Source: a virus
DNA length: 39,647 nucleotides
Strand: one strand, 5' to 3'
IMG/VR virus record: IMGVR_UViG_3300011980_000001
Span: 1-39,647 of that record
Below are positions 15,531 to 24,736 of this stretch, piece by piece. How positions within the stretch are numbered: the first letter of the stretch is position 1; every line of letters begins with the position of its first letter. Both the position numbers and the translations under genes were made by a program. Under the pieces are notes generated by a model. It was given only the letters and a program-made list of their open reading frames with translations. It was not told the origin of the DNA and made no database searches.

Positions 15531-15790
15531 TAGAATGCCCCCTGAGAGTATCCCATCATTACCACAACACGTCCATTGCGGTCAACAACCTTGATTAAAC
15601 CTTGAAGTTGCTGGTCACCTCGTTGCTGTCCTGTTCTTTGTTGTCTTGGTGCAATTTGGTTTTGCTCGGCAAGGTTAGTGATATTAGTATCATCAACCGT
15701 CATGAACGTGTCACTCATTTTGCTAGTTTTTAGCTCTTCATAAGGTGTTTCAATATCTCCAGTGTTTGAATTGTATACAGTCTCTGCCAT
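15530..15790 (-). CDS. Small virion-module protein (86 aa)
   Basis: Translationally coupled on both sides (shared nucleotide at 15790 and at 15530). Confidence 0.55.
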   Translation of the reverse strand: MAETVYNSNTGDIETPYEELKTSKMSDTFMTVDDTNITNLAEQNQIAPRQQRTGQQRGDQQLQGLIKVVDRNGRVVVMMGYSQGAF

Positions 15791-17796
15791 TATAGTTTCC
15801 TCTCCTCACCCAAACTTCGCACATTAGCCTGCACGGATATTATGCGTGGTGAAATGGTATTAGTGTCACTAGTTTCACCATCAAAACCAAACTCAAGCTC
15901 ACGAAAGCGCTTATTTATCTCTAGTTTTACCTCTATATCGCCTTGTTTAGCACTATATGTACCATAGACCCACTCTCCGCCGTCAATACGATACTTTGGG
16001 GTGATTTTTACACCAGCTGGTAACTTGCTGAACGTCGCACCTATACGCATCGCCATTTTTTCTGTCCATGGTGCACCGCCATCGTATTTTAAGCTCTCGT
16101 ACTTAAACTTTCTGGCTGGTTTACTGTCGTTATCCACAATTGCCATATTATAAGTAGTGATATTTGTGTGAGTATCAGTGACACTGTATGAATAATACAG
16201 CGTATCGCCATAATTCCAAATACCACCAATCTCTAACTTTTGGTCATCACTGTTATAATTACCAGTTGTTTCTGGTATATCGTATGAATAGTAGAAACTA
16301 TTTGGATAATTTTTATCAACAGACCCCCACGAATAAATGCCATGTCGCATTATTTTCAGAGTAGTTATGCTTGGGTATGCCATCAGCAAAATGCCACGCC
16401 GCACTGCCATACACTTCGGGTATACGTCAGTCGCATCACGCGTATTTGTGTACTCACTCTGTGAATCATTGAGAGTTCTAGTCTTAATAAGCTGTTTACC
16501 TCCTGTGTAGGCGTAAATAGCTCCATCAATGACTGCATATGTGATATTTTGGTATGTATAGAGACTTTTTGGCTCGCCCATAGGCGTATCAATCTTAAAG
16601 TTAAGTGCATCTGCATAACCGTCCCAAAAACCAAGCATACCCTCTTGAAATGACCTGCCTGGCACTGAGCTCACCTTTTCGCACCCAGCTACAACATATT
16701 CGTCATTACTGGTGAGGCTGGTAATCTCCATACCCGTTTCGACAATGGCACGGTGTCGGTCAAACTCGCTTTCATCAACCTCATCAAGCCCAGACGGCAA
16801 CCAGTCAACCAGATACTGCCCGTTACCAATAATTAGCTTAGACCCTAACCAGTTAATAATAGGGTGTGCCTTACGTCGTGTGTTCTCTAGTAGCGCTGCA
16901 TAGTACTTAAAGTGTAGTCCGTATAACTGACCGGTCTCATATGATTCAACAGTAAAACCATTATCACTTGCGTACAGGTGAATATGATATTCTGTGCCAA
17001 AGTTCTTCACTTCTCCAAGCCTTGTCTGGTCAAAATCAAAGTATGTCAATCCAGTAGTAGTAACTTGTGACGCATCAATAGTCTTTGTCGCCATGACACG
17101 GTGCTGTGGGTCATGGACTGTCAATGTAACCGTCCCACTGCCCTTTGCCAAGAACTTCACGCCAATACGCACCATTGGTGACTGGTCTGGCAAGAATATA
17201 CATGTATGCACGTCAGTCTCCTGAATAGATGTCTGCAACTGATATGAGCCATTTGTGCCGTTCTTAAATGACCACCTGTCAACCGTGCCGCCAATCCACT
17301 TGTCTAGGCGGTTTTTTACAAGGATTTTGGCTACAGTTGGATATTTGCTAGCTGCTGCAGTCACTGTTTTTACTTCTGAAGGCTCATTGCGGGTAGCGTT
17401 AGTGTATGCGTATATCCTATCAATACCCGTGATATACAGTATGTCTGTAAGCCTCCAGTATGCCAAGTCGCCAAATGTACCATTTTCCCAATTTGGTAGC
17501 GTTGCCGCCAGTGTAATGTCATTGTCGTTATCAATCTTGTATAGTTTGCCGTCTTTAGCAATCCCCCACCGTACGCCGTCTGGTGTCTGCGTCATTGCTA
17601 CAATCAGGCTGGCGAGGTCGCTATCACTTAACTTACGTGCGCCGGGCAATACTGTCATTTGGCTTGGGTTTTTGCGTGCATCAAGGCACTCTGCGTCGCC
17701 AAAACTGTTTTTGATGCCAATCTTTCGGTCAGTACCTTTGCCGCCATAAAACGCTGTCTGGCTAACAATCGTATCTCCTGCGTTTCCTGATGCCAT
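15790..17796 (-). CDS. Large tail/virion structural protein (668 aa)
   Basis: Longest late ORF after the portal. Beta-rich composition. No enzymatic motif recognised. Confidence 0.6.
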   Translation of the reverse strand: MASGNAGDTIVSQTAFYGGKGTDRKIGIKNSFGDAECLDARKNPSQMTVLPGARKLSDSDLASLIVAMTQTPDGVRWGIAKDGKLYKIDNDNDITLAATLPNWENGTFGDLAYWRLTDILYITGIDRIYAYTNATRNEPSEVKTVTAAASKYPTVAKILVKNRLDKWIGGTVDRWSFKNGTNGSYQLQTSIQETDVHTCIFLPDQSPMVRIGVKFLAKGSGTVTLTVHDPQHRVMATKTIDASQVTTTGLTYFDFDQTRLGEVKNFGTEYHIHLYASDNGFTVESYETGQLYGLHFKYYAALLENTRRKAHPIINWLGSKLIIGNGQYLVDWLPSGLDEVDESEFDRHRAIVETGMEITSLTSNDEYVVAGCEKVSSVPGRSFQEGMLGFWDGYADALNFKIDTPMGEPKSLYTYQNITYAVIDGAIYAYTGGKQLIKTRTLNDSQSEYTNTRDATDVYPKCMAVRRGILLMAYPSITTLKIMRHGIYSWGSVDKNYPNSFYYSYDIPETTGNYNSDDQKLEIGGIWNYGDTLYYSYSVTDTHTNITTYNMAIVDNDSKPARKFKYESLKYDGGAPWTEKMAMRIGATFSKLPAGVKITPKYRIDGGEWVYGTYSAKQGDIEVKLEINKRFRELEFGFDGETSDTNTISPRIISVQANVRSLGEERKL

Positions 17797-17797
17797 A

Positions 17798-18694
17798 CTA
17801 CCCCCTCAAAATACCTGGGAACACACGGCTGCTGCCGTTTATATGTGTGCCTCTACCATTAATAACGCCGCTAGATGTCTTTTTGCCATAAACCCTGCGA
17901 TATTCAGCAAATGCCTTGTCAAATAGTTGTCCGTACATACCTGCACTCTCTAGGTCTTTGCGTAGCAGGAAAAACTGCTGTGCGGCGTAATGAACTGGTG
18001 CTAGGTGATATTCCTCTGGGAATGCTGGACATTGACCGATTAGGATAGGAACATTATTTTCAGTCAAGCCCTGGTAGTTATTGTCAATCTGGATATTGTT
18101 TTTGTCAATGAACTTCACAATCTTGTACCAATTTCCGTCAGAACCATTAGTTACAGTTAACCAACAGTCATTTACCATGTTTGGCTTGAACCGACCTTGC
18201 GGGTCTACGACAGTAACGCCATTTTCAGTCACATTGGCGTTTAGCTTTACGTCCTCAATCGCCATGTCCACCATACGGGGCTCGTAACTTACCACAAGTC
18301 CATCAGCGACAGTTTGGCGTGGTGTTGGGTACAGTCCAATCTCATCAGCACCTTTAACGAAAAAGTGTGTTGGGTGTCCAGCAGCGGAAAATTGCGACAC
18401 ATTCAGACTGTCCCACTCCTCCTCGCTAAACACTTCGGTGAGTGGCACCATTCTGTTACCATTCTTTACACGAACGGTGCGGACACGCAACATATCGCTT
18501 GGAAACTGATAATATTGCTGGTTGGCGTTTAGATTAGTTTTCTTCTCACGCCGTGTCCAATAGCGACGTGCGGCATTTTGAAATAACTTAACACCAGTGT
18601 GAATATCCGTGATAATACTGTCCATGTCTGGAGCATCGTCATAAATGCCACAAAAGTTAGCCGCCTTTTTTTTCATCTGTGTAAATGTCAACAT
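17798..18694 (-). CDS. Virion structural protein (298 aa), possible head-tail adaptor
   Basis: The pattern QQYYQFPSDMLRVRTVRV...GHPTHFFVKGADEIGLYPTP recalls adaptor/connector proteins. This is a weak call. Confidence 0.5.
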   Translation of the reverse strand: MLTFTQMKKKAANFCGIYDDAPDMDSIITDIHTGVKLFQNAARRYWTRREKKTNLNANQQYYQFPSDMLRVRTVRVKNGNRMVPLTEVFSEEEWDSLNVSQFSAAGHPTHFFVKGADEIGLYPTPRQTVADGLVVSYEPRMVDMAIEDVKLNANVTENGVTVVDPQGRFKPNMVNDCWLTVTNGSDGNWYKIVKFIDKNNIQIDNNYQGLTENNVPILIGQCPAFPEEYHLAPVHYAAQQFFLLRKDLESAGMYGQLFDKAFAEYRRVYGKKTSSGVINGRGTHINGSSRVFPGILRG

Positions 18695-18726
18695 CCGCCA
18701 GTCCTTTCTTGGTTTTATTATATCAT

Positions 18727-20157
18727 TTAATCATAATACTGTCGTTGCCAATCAGTTTCTTTGCGTGTGTCACTATTACGCCAATTTTGCTCAATTCTTG
18801 GTGTATTTTGCCAGTTTTTTGGCTGTTTTTCGTCACTATTACGCCAATTTTGCGGTAATTTGTCTGGTGTCGGGTTACTAATCCTGACTGAGCCAATTTG
18901 TGTGATATTTTCCGTTCGTGTAATACGAATATTACCACTTTGAACGATATTTGGCTGAGTTATGACAAAAACACGCCCATTTTGGCTAATATTTTGCTGG
19001 TATTCGACTAAAGATGAGCCACTTTGGTCTATTTTACGATTATGCGTGATTACAGAATTGCCATTTTGATGTAACAAGCTAATGCTACCAATTACAGCAC
19101 TGCCCAATATACTAAGAATTCTATCATTTTGAATATTGGCATTACCAGATTGGTTTATTGTGTTTGCCACGTGAAACGACTCAACTACAGCACTACCAGC
19201 CTGATTTACCTGCTGAATACGCCCAATCCTAGCATTCCCTGTCTGTGTGATATTACCAATGCGTTGCACACACACATTACCATTTTGCGCTAGGGTTAGT
19301 GTTTGTTGAACACGGCTATTTCCTATCTGTTGCTTGCTTTGGATGTGCGCAATACGTGTATTACCAATCACATCAAGGTTACATGTGCTTTGGATATTGG
19401 CATTACCATGTTGTATGAGCTCATTGACGGTAAAGGCTGGTCTAAACTCCGAACCAAACGCCATACTGCCATAGCCGCTACTAAACACACCAACTGGCGT
19501 CGATGGCTGCAACATCGTAATATACTCAGCAACACTTGCTGGTGGTGTATCTCCATTTGTGCCAACTGAGAATAAATTATATTCGACAGTGTGATTTGGA
19601 CCATATGTTCCATAACCTATATAGTGCGCACCGACTGTTCTGTTAGCATACGTTACTGTAAACGTCCAATCATTTGGCTCTAATACTCCATCACGCCATA
19701 TCTTAATAGCGTGCTGATTACCACCCACTACTTTCCATCGTATCCAATACTTCTGACCATTTTGCCAGTCATAGTTAGCAAAAGCTACTGTTCTCTGAGT
19801 GCTATCATCGTACAACTGTAAGGCTTTGACGCCACGAGCTGGCAAGAACGCAAGAGATAGCCCCTTGTTATCTGCTGTGTAATCCCAGTTTATAATACCG
19901 TATGAGCCTGGCACTTGTTGAACAGCATCAACAGAAAAACACACCAACATATTAACGTCATCAATGTTGTTCGTAAACCTAGTGTCAGCAACAAAAAGCT
20001 GATTTGCTTGTGTACTTGAAAATCTTAATACGTGTTGACCATTTTTTGATATAATATCTTGTGTTTTACCAGAACCAGCTGGAACAACTCTTAAATTGCC
20101 TGTGTTTTGCAGGCTCCCGACTGCTTTGTCTCTATAATCATCTATATATATAGCCAT
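18727..20157 (-). CDS. Tail fibre / receptor-binding protein (476 aa) with an internal repeat region
   Basis: Beta-rich N-terminal half of about 250 aa. This is followed by about 13 repeats of a 14-aa Q-x-G-N-x-x-I unit and a Trp-rich C-terminus (QNWRNSD x2, KNWQ). Confidence 0.65.
   Translation of the reverse strand: MAIYIDDYRDKAVGSLQNTGNLRVVPAGSGKTQDIISKNGQHVLRFSSTQANQLFVADTRFTNNIDDVNMLVCFSVDAVQQVPGSYGIINWDYTADNKGLSLAFLPARGVKALQLYDDSTQRTVAFANYDWQNGQKYWIRWKVVGGNQHAIKIWRDGVLEPNDWTFTVTYANRTVGAHYIGYGTYGPNHTVEYNLFSVGTNGDTPPASVAEYITMLQPSTPVGVFSSGYGSMAFGSEFRPAFTVNELIQHGNANIQSTCNLDVIGNTRIAHIQSKQQIGNSRVQQTLTLAQNGNVCVQRIGNITQTGNARIGRIQQVNQAGSAVVESFHVANTINQSGNANIQNDRILSILGSAVIGSISLLHQNGNSVITHNRKIDQSGSSLVEYQQNISQNGRVFVITQPNIVQSGNIRITRTENITQIGSVRISNPTPDKLPQNWRNSDEKQPKNWQNTPRIEQNWRNSDTRKETDWQRQYYD
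18769..18853. repeat. 22-bp perfect direct repeat (18769..18790 and 18832..18853) in the fibre gene 3' end
   Basis: gtcactattacgccaattttgc is read twice, 63 bp apart, which is in frame. Confidence 0.9.
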
Positions 20158-20235
20158 TGTATTGTTCCTAGTGTATTGTATTACTTGAACCTACTATAAT
20201 TTTAACACTAATCTGACAATATTGATTTTACGACT

Positions 20236-20676
20236 ATGCCCATGTTTGCTGCTACTACCTCAAAATGGGATGTGCTTGCGGGTGGGAGTGTATCAATAGT
20301 TAATTATAATGTGGTAGAGTATGACACTGTAAAGATGTTTAATAAGAGCACTCATCAAGCAACTGTTCCTAAAGACGGCGTTTATACAATCTCTGCTAAA
20401 GCAGCTGTAACGTCAGCTGGCTATAATCCATCTGCTACCGCTACCGTTGTAGTGTATAAGAACGGCGCGATGCTAGAGGAAATGACACGAATAGCTGGTA
20501 GTGGTAACGTCTTGACCTTAATGCGTTTATCTCATACATTTGACGTGCTTCTTAAGAAGGGTGATGTTATTGATGTACGAGCACACTGCTCTGAAGGTCG
20601 TGATTATGGAGGAGCATCCACACATAGCCGCTTTTCAATGAGATTTGTTGGAAATAACAATACCTCTAATGGCTAA
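20236..20676 (+). CDS. Stand-alone C1q/TNF-like jelly-roll domain protein (146 aa)
   Basis: gC1q-like pattern: FAAT..., VPKDGVYTISAKA, VVVYKNGAML, LLKKGDVIDVR, SRFSMRFVG. Opposite strand to all its neighbours. No clear SD. Confidence 0.6.
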   Translation: MPMFAATTSKWDVLAGGSVSIVNYNVVEYDTVKMFNKSTHQATVPKDGVYTISAKAAVTSAGYNPSATATVVVYKNGAMLEEMTRIAGSGNVLTLMRLSHTFDVLLKKGDVIDVRAHCSEGRDYGGASTHSRFSMRFVGNNNTSNG

Positions 20677-21341
20677 ACTTCACCAATTGCAACCCACGAC
20701 ACACCATGCCACGCCGCACCCATACCGCCAGCCGATGATGCCACAACATTAAATCCTGTATTGCTGATAGTGTTAGCCTCCACGACAGTGCCAGCACCCA
20801 CCGCATTAGTAAATTCTTGCAATCCACTAGCTTGCGAGCCTACTTTATAACCGGCAAATGTACAGGTGATAGAGTGTATCTTTTTGAATTGTTTAGGAAA
20901 ACTAACAGGCGTTATAAACTGCTTGTTGTTTACAGTACTGTTACCAATAAATTGTGTCCAGCCGCATTGTACCACAACAGTGTCAGGCGTGACATTTGTG
21001 TTGTGGGCTTTAATGCCGACTGTAGTCGTAAAATCAATATTGTCCGCACCAATCTTATCATCAGCATACACAGAATTACTTACTACTGAGTTTTCGGGAA
21101 AAGCTTTTCTCACTGTCCCCTTTTGAGCACGAACAATATTCAAGTTATCTCCAGAAACTGCTGTCACTTGCACTATTTCGCTATTACCCATTGTTGGCAA
21201 TTGACCAAAGGGCGTAATCGTCAGATAAAACGGCACTGGCGGCATACTAGCAGCATATCCAGGCTGAAGCCGTAACGTATTAGTAGTAGCATCAAGTGCT
21301 GATGCAGTTAGTCCATTTGCCAGATTTGCTCTATTGCTCAT
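20673..21341 (-). CDS. Tail fibre / receptor-binding protein (222 aa)
   Basis: The N-terminal motif PFYLTITPFG...NSEIVQVTAVSGDNLNIVRAQKGT is common in phage fibre proteins. The C-terminus (VSFPKQF...GFNVVA...VSWVAIG) is H-type-lectin-like. Confidence 0.6.
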   Translation of the reverse strand: MSNRANLANGLTASALDATTNTLRLQPGYAASMPPVPFYLTITPFGQLPTMGNSEIVQVTAVSGDNLNIVRAQKGTVRKAFPENSVVSNSVYADDKIGADNIDFTTTVGIKAHNTNVTPDTVVVQCGWTQFIGNSTVNNKQFITPVSFPKQFKKIHSITCTFAGYKVGSQASGLQEFTNAVGAGTVVEANTISNTGFNVVASSAGGMGAAWHGVSWVAIGEV

Positions 21342-21747
21342 ATATCGTTATCACCTTTTCTACTATTTTACCACTTCTGCTGTCTTTACCTGCGTACCCA
21401 AAATTATAAGCAACTACACGTGGCTCTGGGTTTTTGCTAGTACTCTCCATGGTTCTAAAATAGATAAGTTTAATGTCTGTCAACTCTTCACCTGGTCGCT
21501 CGAGCCATATGAGGTTTGAATCAATAACAAATGAGCGGCTTTGCATATTTAGGAAACATGTGTGTAGTCCATCTACTGATTTGAGCTCAAACCCGATAAG
21601 TTCGCTCTCCTGTTGTTTGTCCAGAATATCACGAAAAGCAGAGGGGTTATACTCTGCGTTATCATCGTGTTTGCTGTACCTGTCGTTTGATGGCTGCTGT
21701 ATTTTAGTGCCATCTGCAAATATTGCTGTCCATAAGTAGTAAAACAT
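21331..21747 (-). CDS. Hypothetical protein (138 aa), paralogue of 22310..22750
   Basis: Shared N-terminal motif WTAIFADGTKIQQP, against WTALFRNGHVIEQP in the paralogue. Confidence 0.6.
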   Translation of the reverse strand: MFYYLWTAIFADGTKIQQPSNDRYSKHDDNAEYNPSAFRDILDKQQESELIGFELKSVDGLHTCFLNMQSRSFVIDSNLIWLERPGEELTDIKLIYFRTMESTSKNPEPRVVAYNFGYAGKDSRSGKIVEKVITIYEQ

Positions 21748-21775
21748 TGTATTGTTCTCCTATGCTAAATGATAA

Positions 21776-22294
21776 CTAATTTTCGTTCCACTGGAATGTC
21801 AACGTCTGATTGCCAACATCGCCTGCTGCCGCTGCCGCTGTGGTCTGTATCTGTGTTACACAATATTGGCTGTAGCCAGCTGTAGTTAACGTTGGGGCTG
21901 CTGTACCCTCTGGACCAGTAGTTGAAAAGTTCACCGCTTGACCACTATTGATTGCTGTAGTGCTTGTAATGTTAGTTGAACCAGATAATGCTGCACGTGA
22001 CGGTGTAGCATAAGTACTGGTGATTTTGTCTACTAACGTTATGCCTGTACCAAGCGCCCCTGCGGTGTGTGCAAACCTACCAGCACTGATTTGGTTAAAC
22101 GTACCAGTAAACCGCACAAACTGATATTTATGAAAACTATTTTGTCCAGCAATGATTGGTGCGTTTGCCCGTGGCGTATTAATGTCGTCAACAGACTTCC
22201 AATCAACTTGATTGGCATTATTCCTAGTAGCTCCTTTGGCTGGGCTGCCTGTAGCTGCGCCGTTATCTTCTTGCCATACTGCTGTTGCTGCCAT
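21776..22294 (-). CDS. Ala/Thr-rich small structural-like protein (172 aa)
   Basis: Co-oriented ORF with beta-rich A/T/G-rich composition. Late-module context. Confidence 0.55.
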   Translation of the reverse strand: MAATAVWQEDNGAATGSPAKGATRNNANQVDWKSVDDINTPRANAPIIAGQNSFHKYQFVRFTGTFNQISAGRFAHTAGALGTGITLVDKITSTYATPSRAALSGSTNITSTTAINSGQAVNFSTTGPEGTAAPTLTTAGYSQYCVTQIQTTAAAAAGDVGNQTLTFQWNEN

Positions 22295-22309
22295 AATTTA
22301 ATCCTTTCC

Positions 22310-22750
22310 CTATGCTCTTATCATACCATGTTGTAGTTCATTTTCGCTTGCTAATTCATATGTGCCGTCGTCTTTTATCAACAGCCACTTACCATCATAT
22401 GCATCACATGTATTTACTCCGCAAAAGCCTAATACAGCCATCATATCTTCTGGTATGAACACCAGGTGCGCCGACCGTATCTTGAACTCTGTCATAATCA
22501 TTTTGCCATCGCTGGTGTTGATGTATGCATCGCCATCACTGTCAAATGATACAATAAACTCCTGCTCACCATTCTCCATTTTGAACCATACCAGGTAATG
22601 TTTGCGTGGATTTTCTGGTGTGCCGTACATATAGTCAGCCAATTGTTTAAGCGCCGCTAGGGTTTCCTCACGGTTTCCTAGCGGCTGCTCAATAACGTGT
22701 CCATTTCTGAACAACGCTGTCCATCTGAATTGTTTATTTTCGCCACCCAC
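22310..22750 (-). CDS. Hypothetical protein (146 aa), paralogue of 21331..21747
   Basis: Carries the WTALFRNGHVIEQP motif. Confidence 0.6.
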   Translation of the reverse strand: MGGENKQFRWTALFRNGHVIEQPLGNREETLAALKQLADYMYGTPENPRKHYLVWFKMENGEQEFIVSFDSDGDAYINTSDGKMIMTEFKIRSAHLVFIPEDMMAVLGFCGVNTCDAYDGKWLLIKDDGTYELASENELQHGMIRA

Positions 22751-22756
22751 TGGCTA

Positions 22757-22948
22757 TTATTCCTCGGTTTTGAACGCTTTGATGATAGTAACCAATATCA
22801 CGTTAATAATTGGCGTGTATACACCAAGCATGCCTGGATTTTTCTCAATATACACCACAATAGCAGATAATGCAGCTGATACACCTGCGTACAGTGCCAC
22901 TTTGCCAATACTTTTAAGGTTTTCTTTAGTTAAACTTGGTTTTGTCAT
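22757..22948 (-). CDS. Holin-like protein with two TM segments (63 aa)
   Basis: TM segments VALYAGVSAALSAIVVYI and VYTPIINVILVTIIKAF with a charged C-terminus. Directly downstream of the amidase gene. Confidence 0.6.
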   Translation of the reverse strand: MTKPSLTKENLKSIGKVALYAGVSAALSAIVVYIEKNPGMLGVYTPIINVILVTIIKAFKTEE

Positions 22949-22962
22949 ACCTATTCTCCCTA

Positions 22963-24237
22963 TTATTTCTTAAAGTTCTTAAATAATCCTGATAGAAAGT
23001 CTACAATAGCTTTTACTAACTTCTCTAGTACACCAACACGCTTCTCTAAGTCGTCATTTGGGTTTGGAATTGGCTTGTCGCTCAGATAGATAGTCTGGAT
23101 TGCTAATTTGCCGCCCTCAAGTACCATCAAATCGTTGTCAACAAGGTGTGTACTGTGTGTTACCCGTACTTTAGCATTAATTGGCAGTACTTCCTGCGTC
23201 ACGCCGTCTTCTAGTCGCAATACAGGCGCTTTCGAACGTGTCCACATATCCACATCAGCGATATCCTTGAGGTTCTTCAGCCATTCTGGCTTCTCACGCT
23301 CTGGCTCTACGGCTGGGACGCCCAATTTATCTGCTGGTATGCCATACGGCAACCCCTTAGTCTTAGCCCAGCTAGAAATGTAGTATTTCTTGCCACCGAC
23401 AGTGGTCTCCTGCACAATATCAATCTGAGTTCCTCTAGGAATAACGTGAGGACCTACGCTCGCTGGCGGATTGGCGAGTAAGTTGAGAACTTTGGCGCCA
23501 TCAGCAGCAATGACTGATAGCTTCTCTCCTGTATAATCACGCCTGTTTTTAATCCACTCTGGCGTGCGTGCTGCCTCTGCTTCACGTCGTTTACGCTCTT
23601 GCAACGCCCCGTATTCTGCACTACCCAGGATATCTGCCTTAATCTGGTCTATTGTCCAGCCTCTCGCCGCTTGATTTTTGTAATGGTTCATGCCTGCCGT
23701 ATCTGGCTCACGCTCTAAAATGCTCAAGAACAGTGTACGGATTTGCTGCTCACTTACTGTAGGCACGCCCTGATGAAAACGGTCAGCAATGGCACGAATA
23801 CGGTTTTTATCAATTGGCGAACATGATGTCGGCGTCCATTCTTTGTGTACATAAATAGGTAGCCGTTTACCGTAAGCCTTTTCCATATCATAATGGAACT
23901 CACCCATCGTCTCATAATCACCATCTGTCAGGCGTGGGTTACACTCATAACCAACTGTAGTTGCGTTACCACGTGCGTTACCTGCGTGCCAAGCGGCATT
24001 CGCTGCATCAACAATCCAAGCAACACGTCCAGTTTCGCCTACAACATGGGCTGATGAGTTGCCGTCAGCACGGCATAGCCAGTTTACGATAACCATGAAC
24101 TGCGGCTGTTGTGCTGGGTCTCCCCACCAGTGGTATGTGATACCATCAATTGTGCGTGGCATTCCATAATAATATGGTACTTGCGCCTGTGGTGTGTAGT
24201 TTGGTGAATTGTATTGAGTTATCTCTTGATATGCCAT
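22963..24237 (-). CDS. N-acetylmuramoyl-L-alanine amidase (Amidase_2/PGRP, T7-lysozyme type) with a DUF4214-like linker and a C-terminal binding region
   Basis: SSAHVVGETG, AAWHAGN, TVGYECNP and VHKEWTPTSCSP give a His/His/Cys zinc site pattern. The middle segment LFLSILEREPDTAGMNHYKNQAARGWTIDQIKADILGSAEY is DUF4214-like. AGGAGG lies 5 nt before the ATG at 24237. Confidence 0.8.
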   Translation of the reverse strand: MAYQEITQYNSPNYTPQAQVPYYYGMPRTIDGITYHWWGDPAQQPQFMVIVNWLCRADGNSSAHVVGETGRVAWIVDAANAAWHAGNARGNATTVGYECNPRLTDGDYETMGEFHYDMEKAYGKRLPIYVHKEWTPTSCSPIDKNRIRAIADRFHQGVPTVSEQQIRTLFLSILEREPDTAGMNHYKNQAARGWTIDQIKADILGSAEYGALQERKRREAEAARTPEWIKNRRDYTGEKLSVIAADGAKVLNLLANPPASVGPHVIPRGTQIDIVQETTVGGKKYYISSWAKTKGLPYGIPADKLGVPAVEPEREKPEWLKNLKDIADVDMWTRSKAPVLRLEDGVTQEVLPINAKVRVTHSTHLVDNDLMVLEGGKLAIQTIYLSDKPIPNPNDDLEKRVGVLEKLVKAIVDFLSGLFKNFKK

Positions 24238-24374
24238 TACCACCTCCTAGTGATATAATCTTTAACTTTATTATATAACGCTCTGACACCAAAAGCCAAC
24301 ATTGTGCCCACAAAAGCACCAACAAGTGCTGCACTTGAGTACCACAATACCCATAACTTCAATAATTCGTTCAC
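24237..24374 (-). CDS. Small single-TM protein (45 aa), holin/antiholin-like
   Basis: Not in the ORF track because it is under 60 aa. GTG start with AAGGAGGGA upstream. Sequence MNELLKLWVLWYSSAALVGAFVGTMLAFGVRALYNKVKDYITRRW. Its TAA overlaps the amidase ATG. Confidence 0.5.
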   Translation of the reverse strand: MNELLKLWVLWYSSAALVGAFVGTMLAFGVRALYNKVKDYITRRW

Positions 24375-24719
24375 CTATCCCTCCTTTTGTATAACCTGAT
24401 TATTTTGCTTAAGCTCTTTTATCATCATAGTTGAGTTTATCATTTGGTAGGTCAATACAAGGATTGCACCAACCAATGCTGTAGCTACCACCTTACCGAA
24501 TGTACTGCTGACAAAGCCCCATAGAGTTACTAATCCCTGAATATCCTTTTGTAGAACATACCGCTCATCTGCCACTTCTTGTGTCATCGAATCGTCTACC
24601 TTTTCTAGTATCCGTTCAATCATTAGCTGCTGTCGTTCTTGCAATTGTTTAATGTGTTCAACATCAGCCATTAGCTTACCAGCTTCAATGTCGGTTAATC
24701 CTACTTGTCGTTCAGCCAT
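24375..24719 (-). CDS. Coiled-coil protein with a C-terminal TM segment (114 aa)
   Basis: The ATG at 24719 is preceded by GGGAGAAAGGGAAAAAT. TM segment VVATALVGAILVLTYQMI. The longer track ORF would begin inside the terminator hairpin. Confidence 0.55.
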   Translation of the reverse strand: MAERQVGLTDIEAGKLMADVEHIKQLQERQQLMIERILEKVDDSMTQEVADERYVLQKDIQGLVTLWGFVSSTFGKVVATALVGAILVLTYQMINSTMMIKELKQNNQVIQKEG

Positions 24720-24736
24720 ATTTTTCCCTTTCTCCC

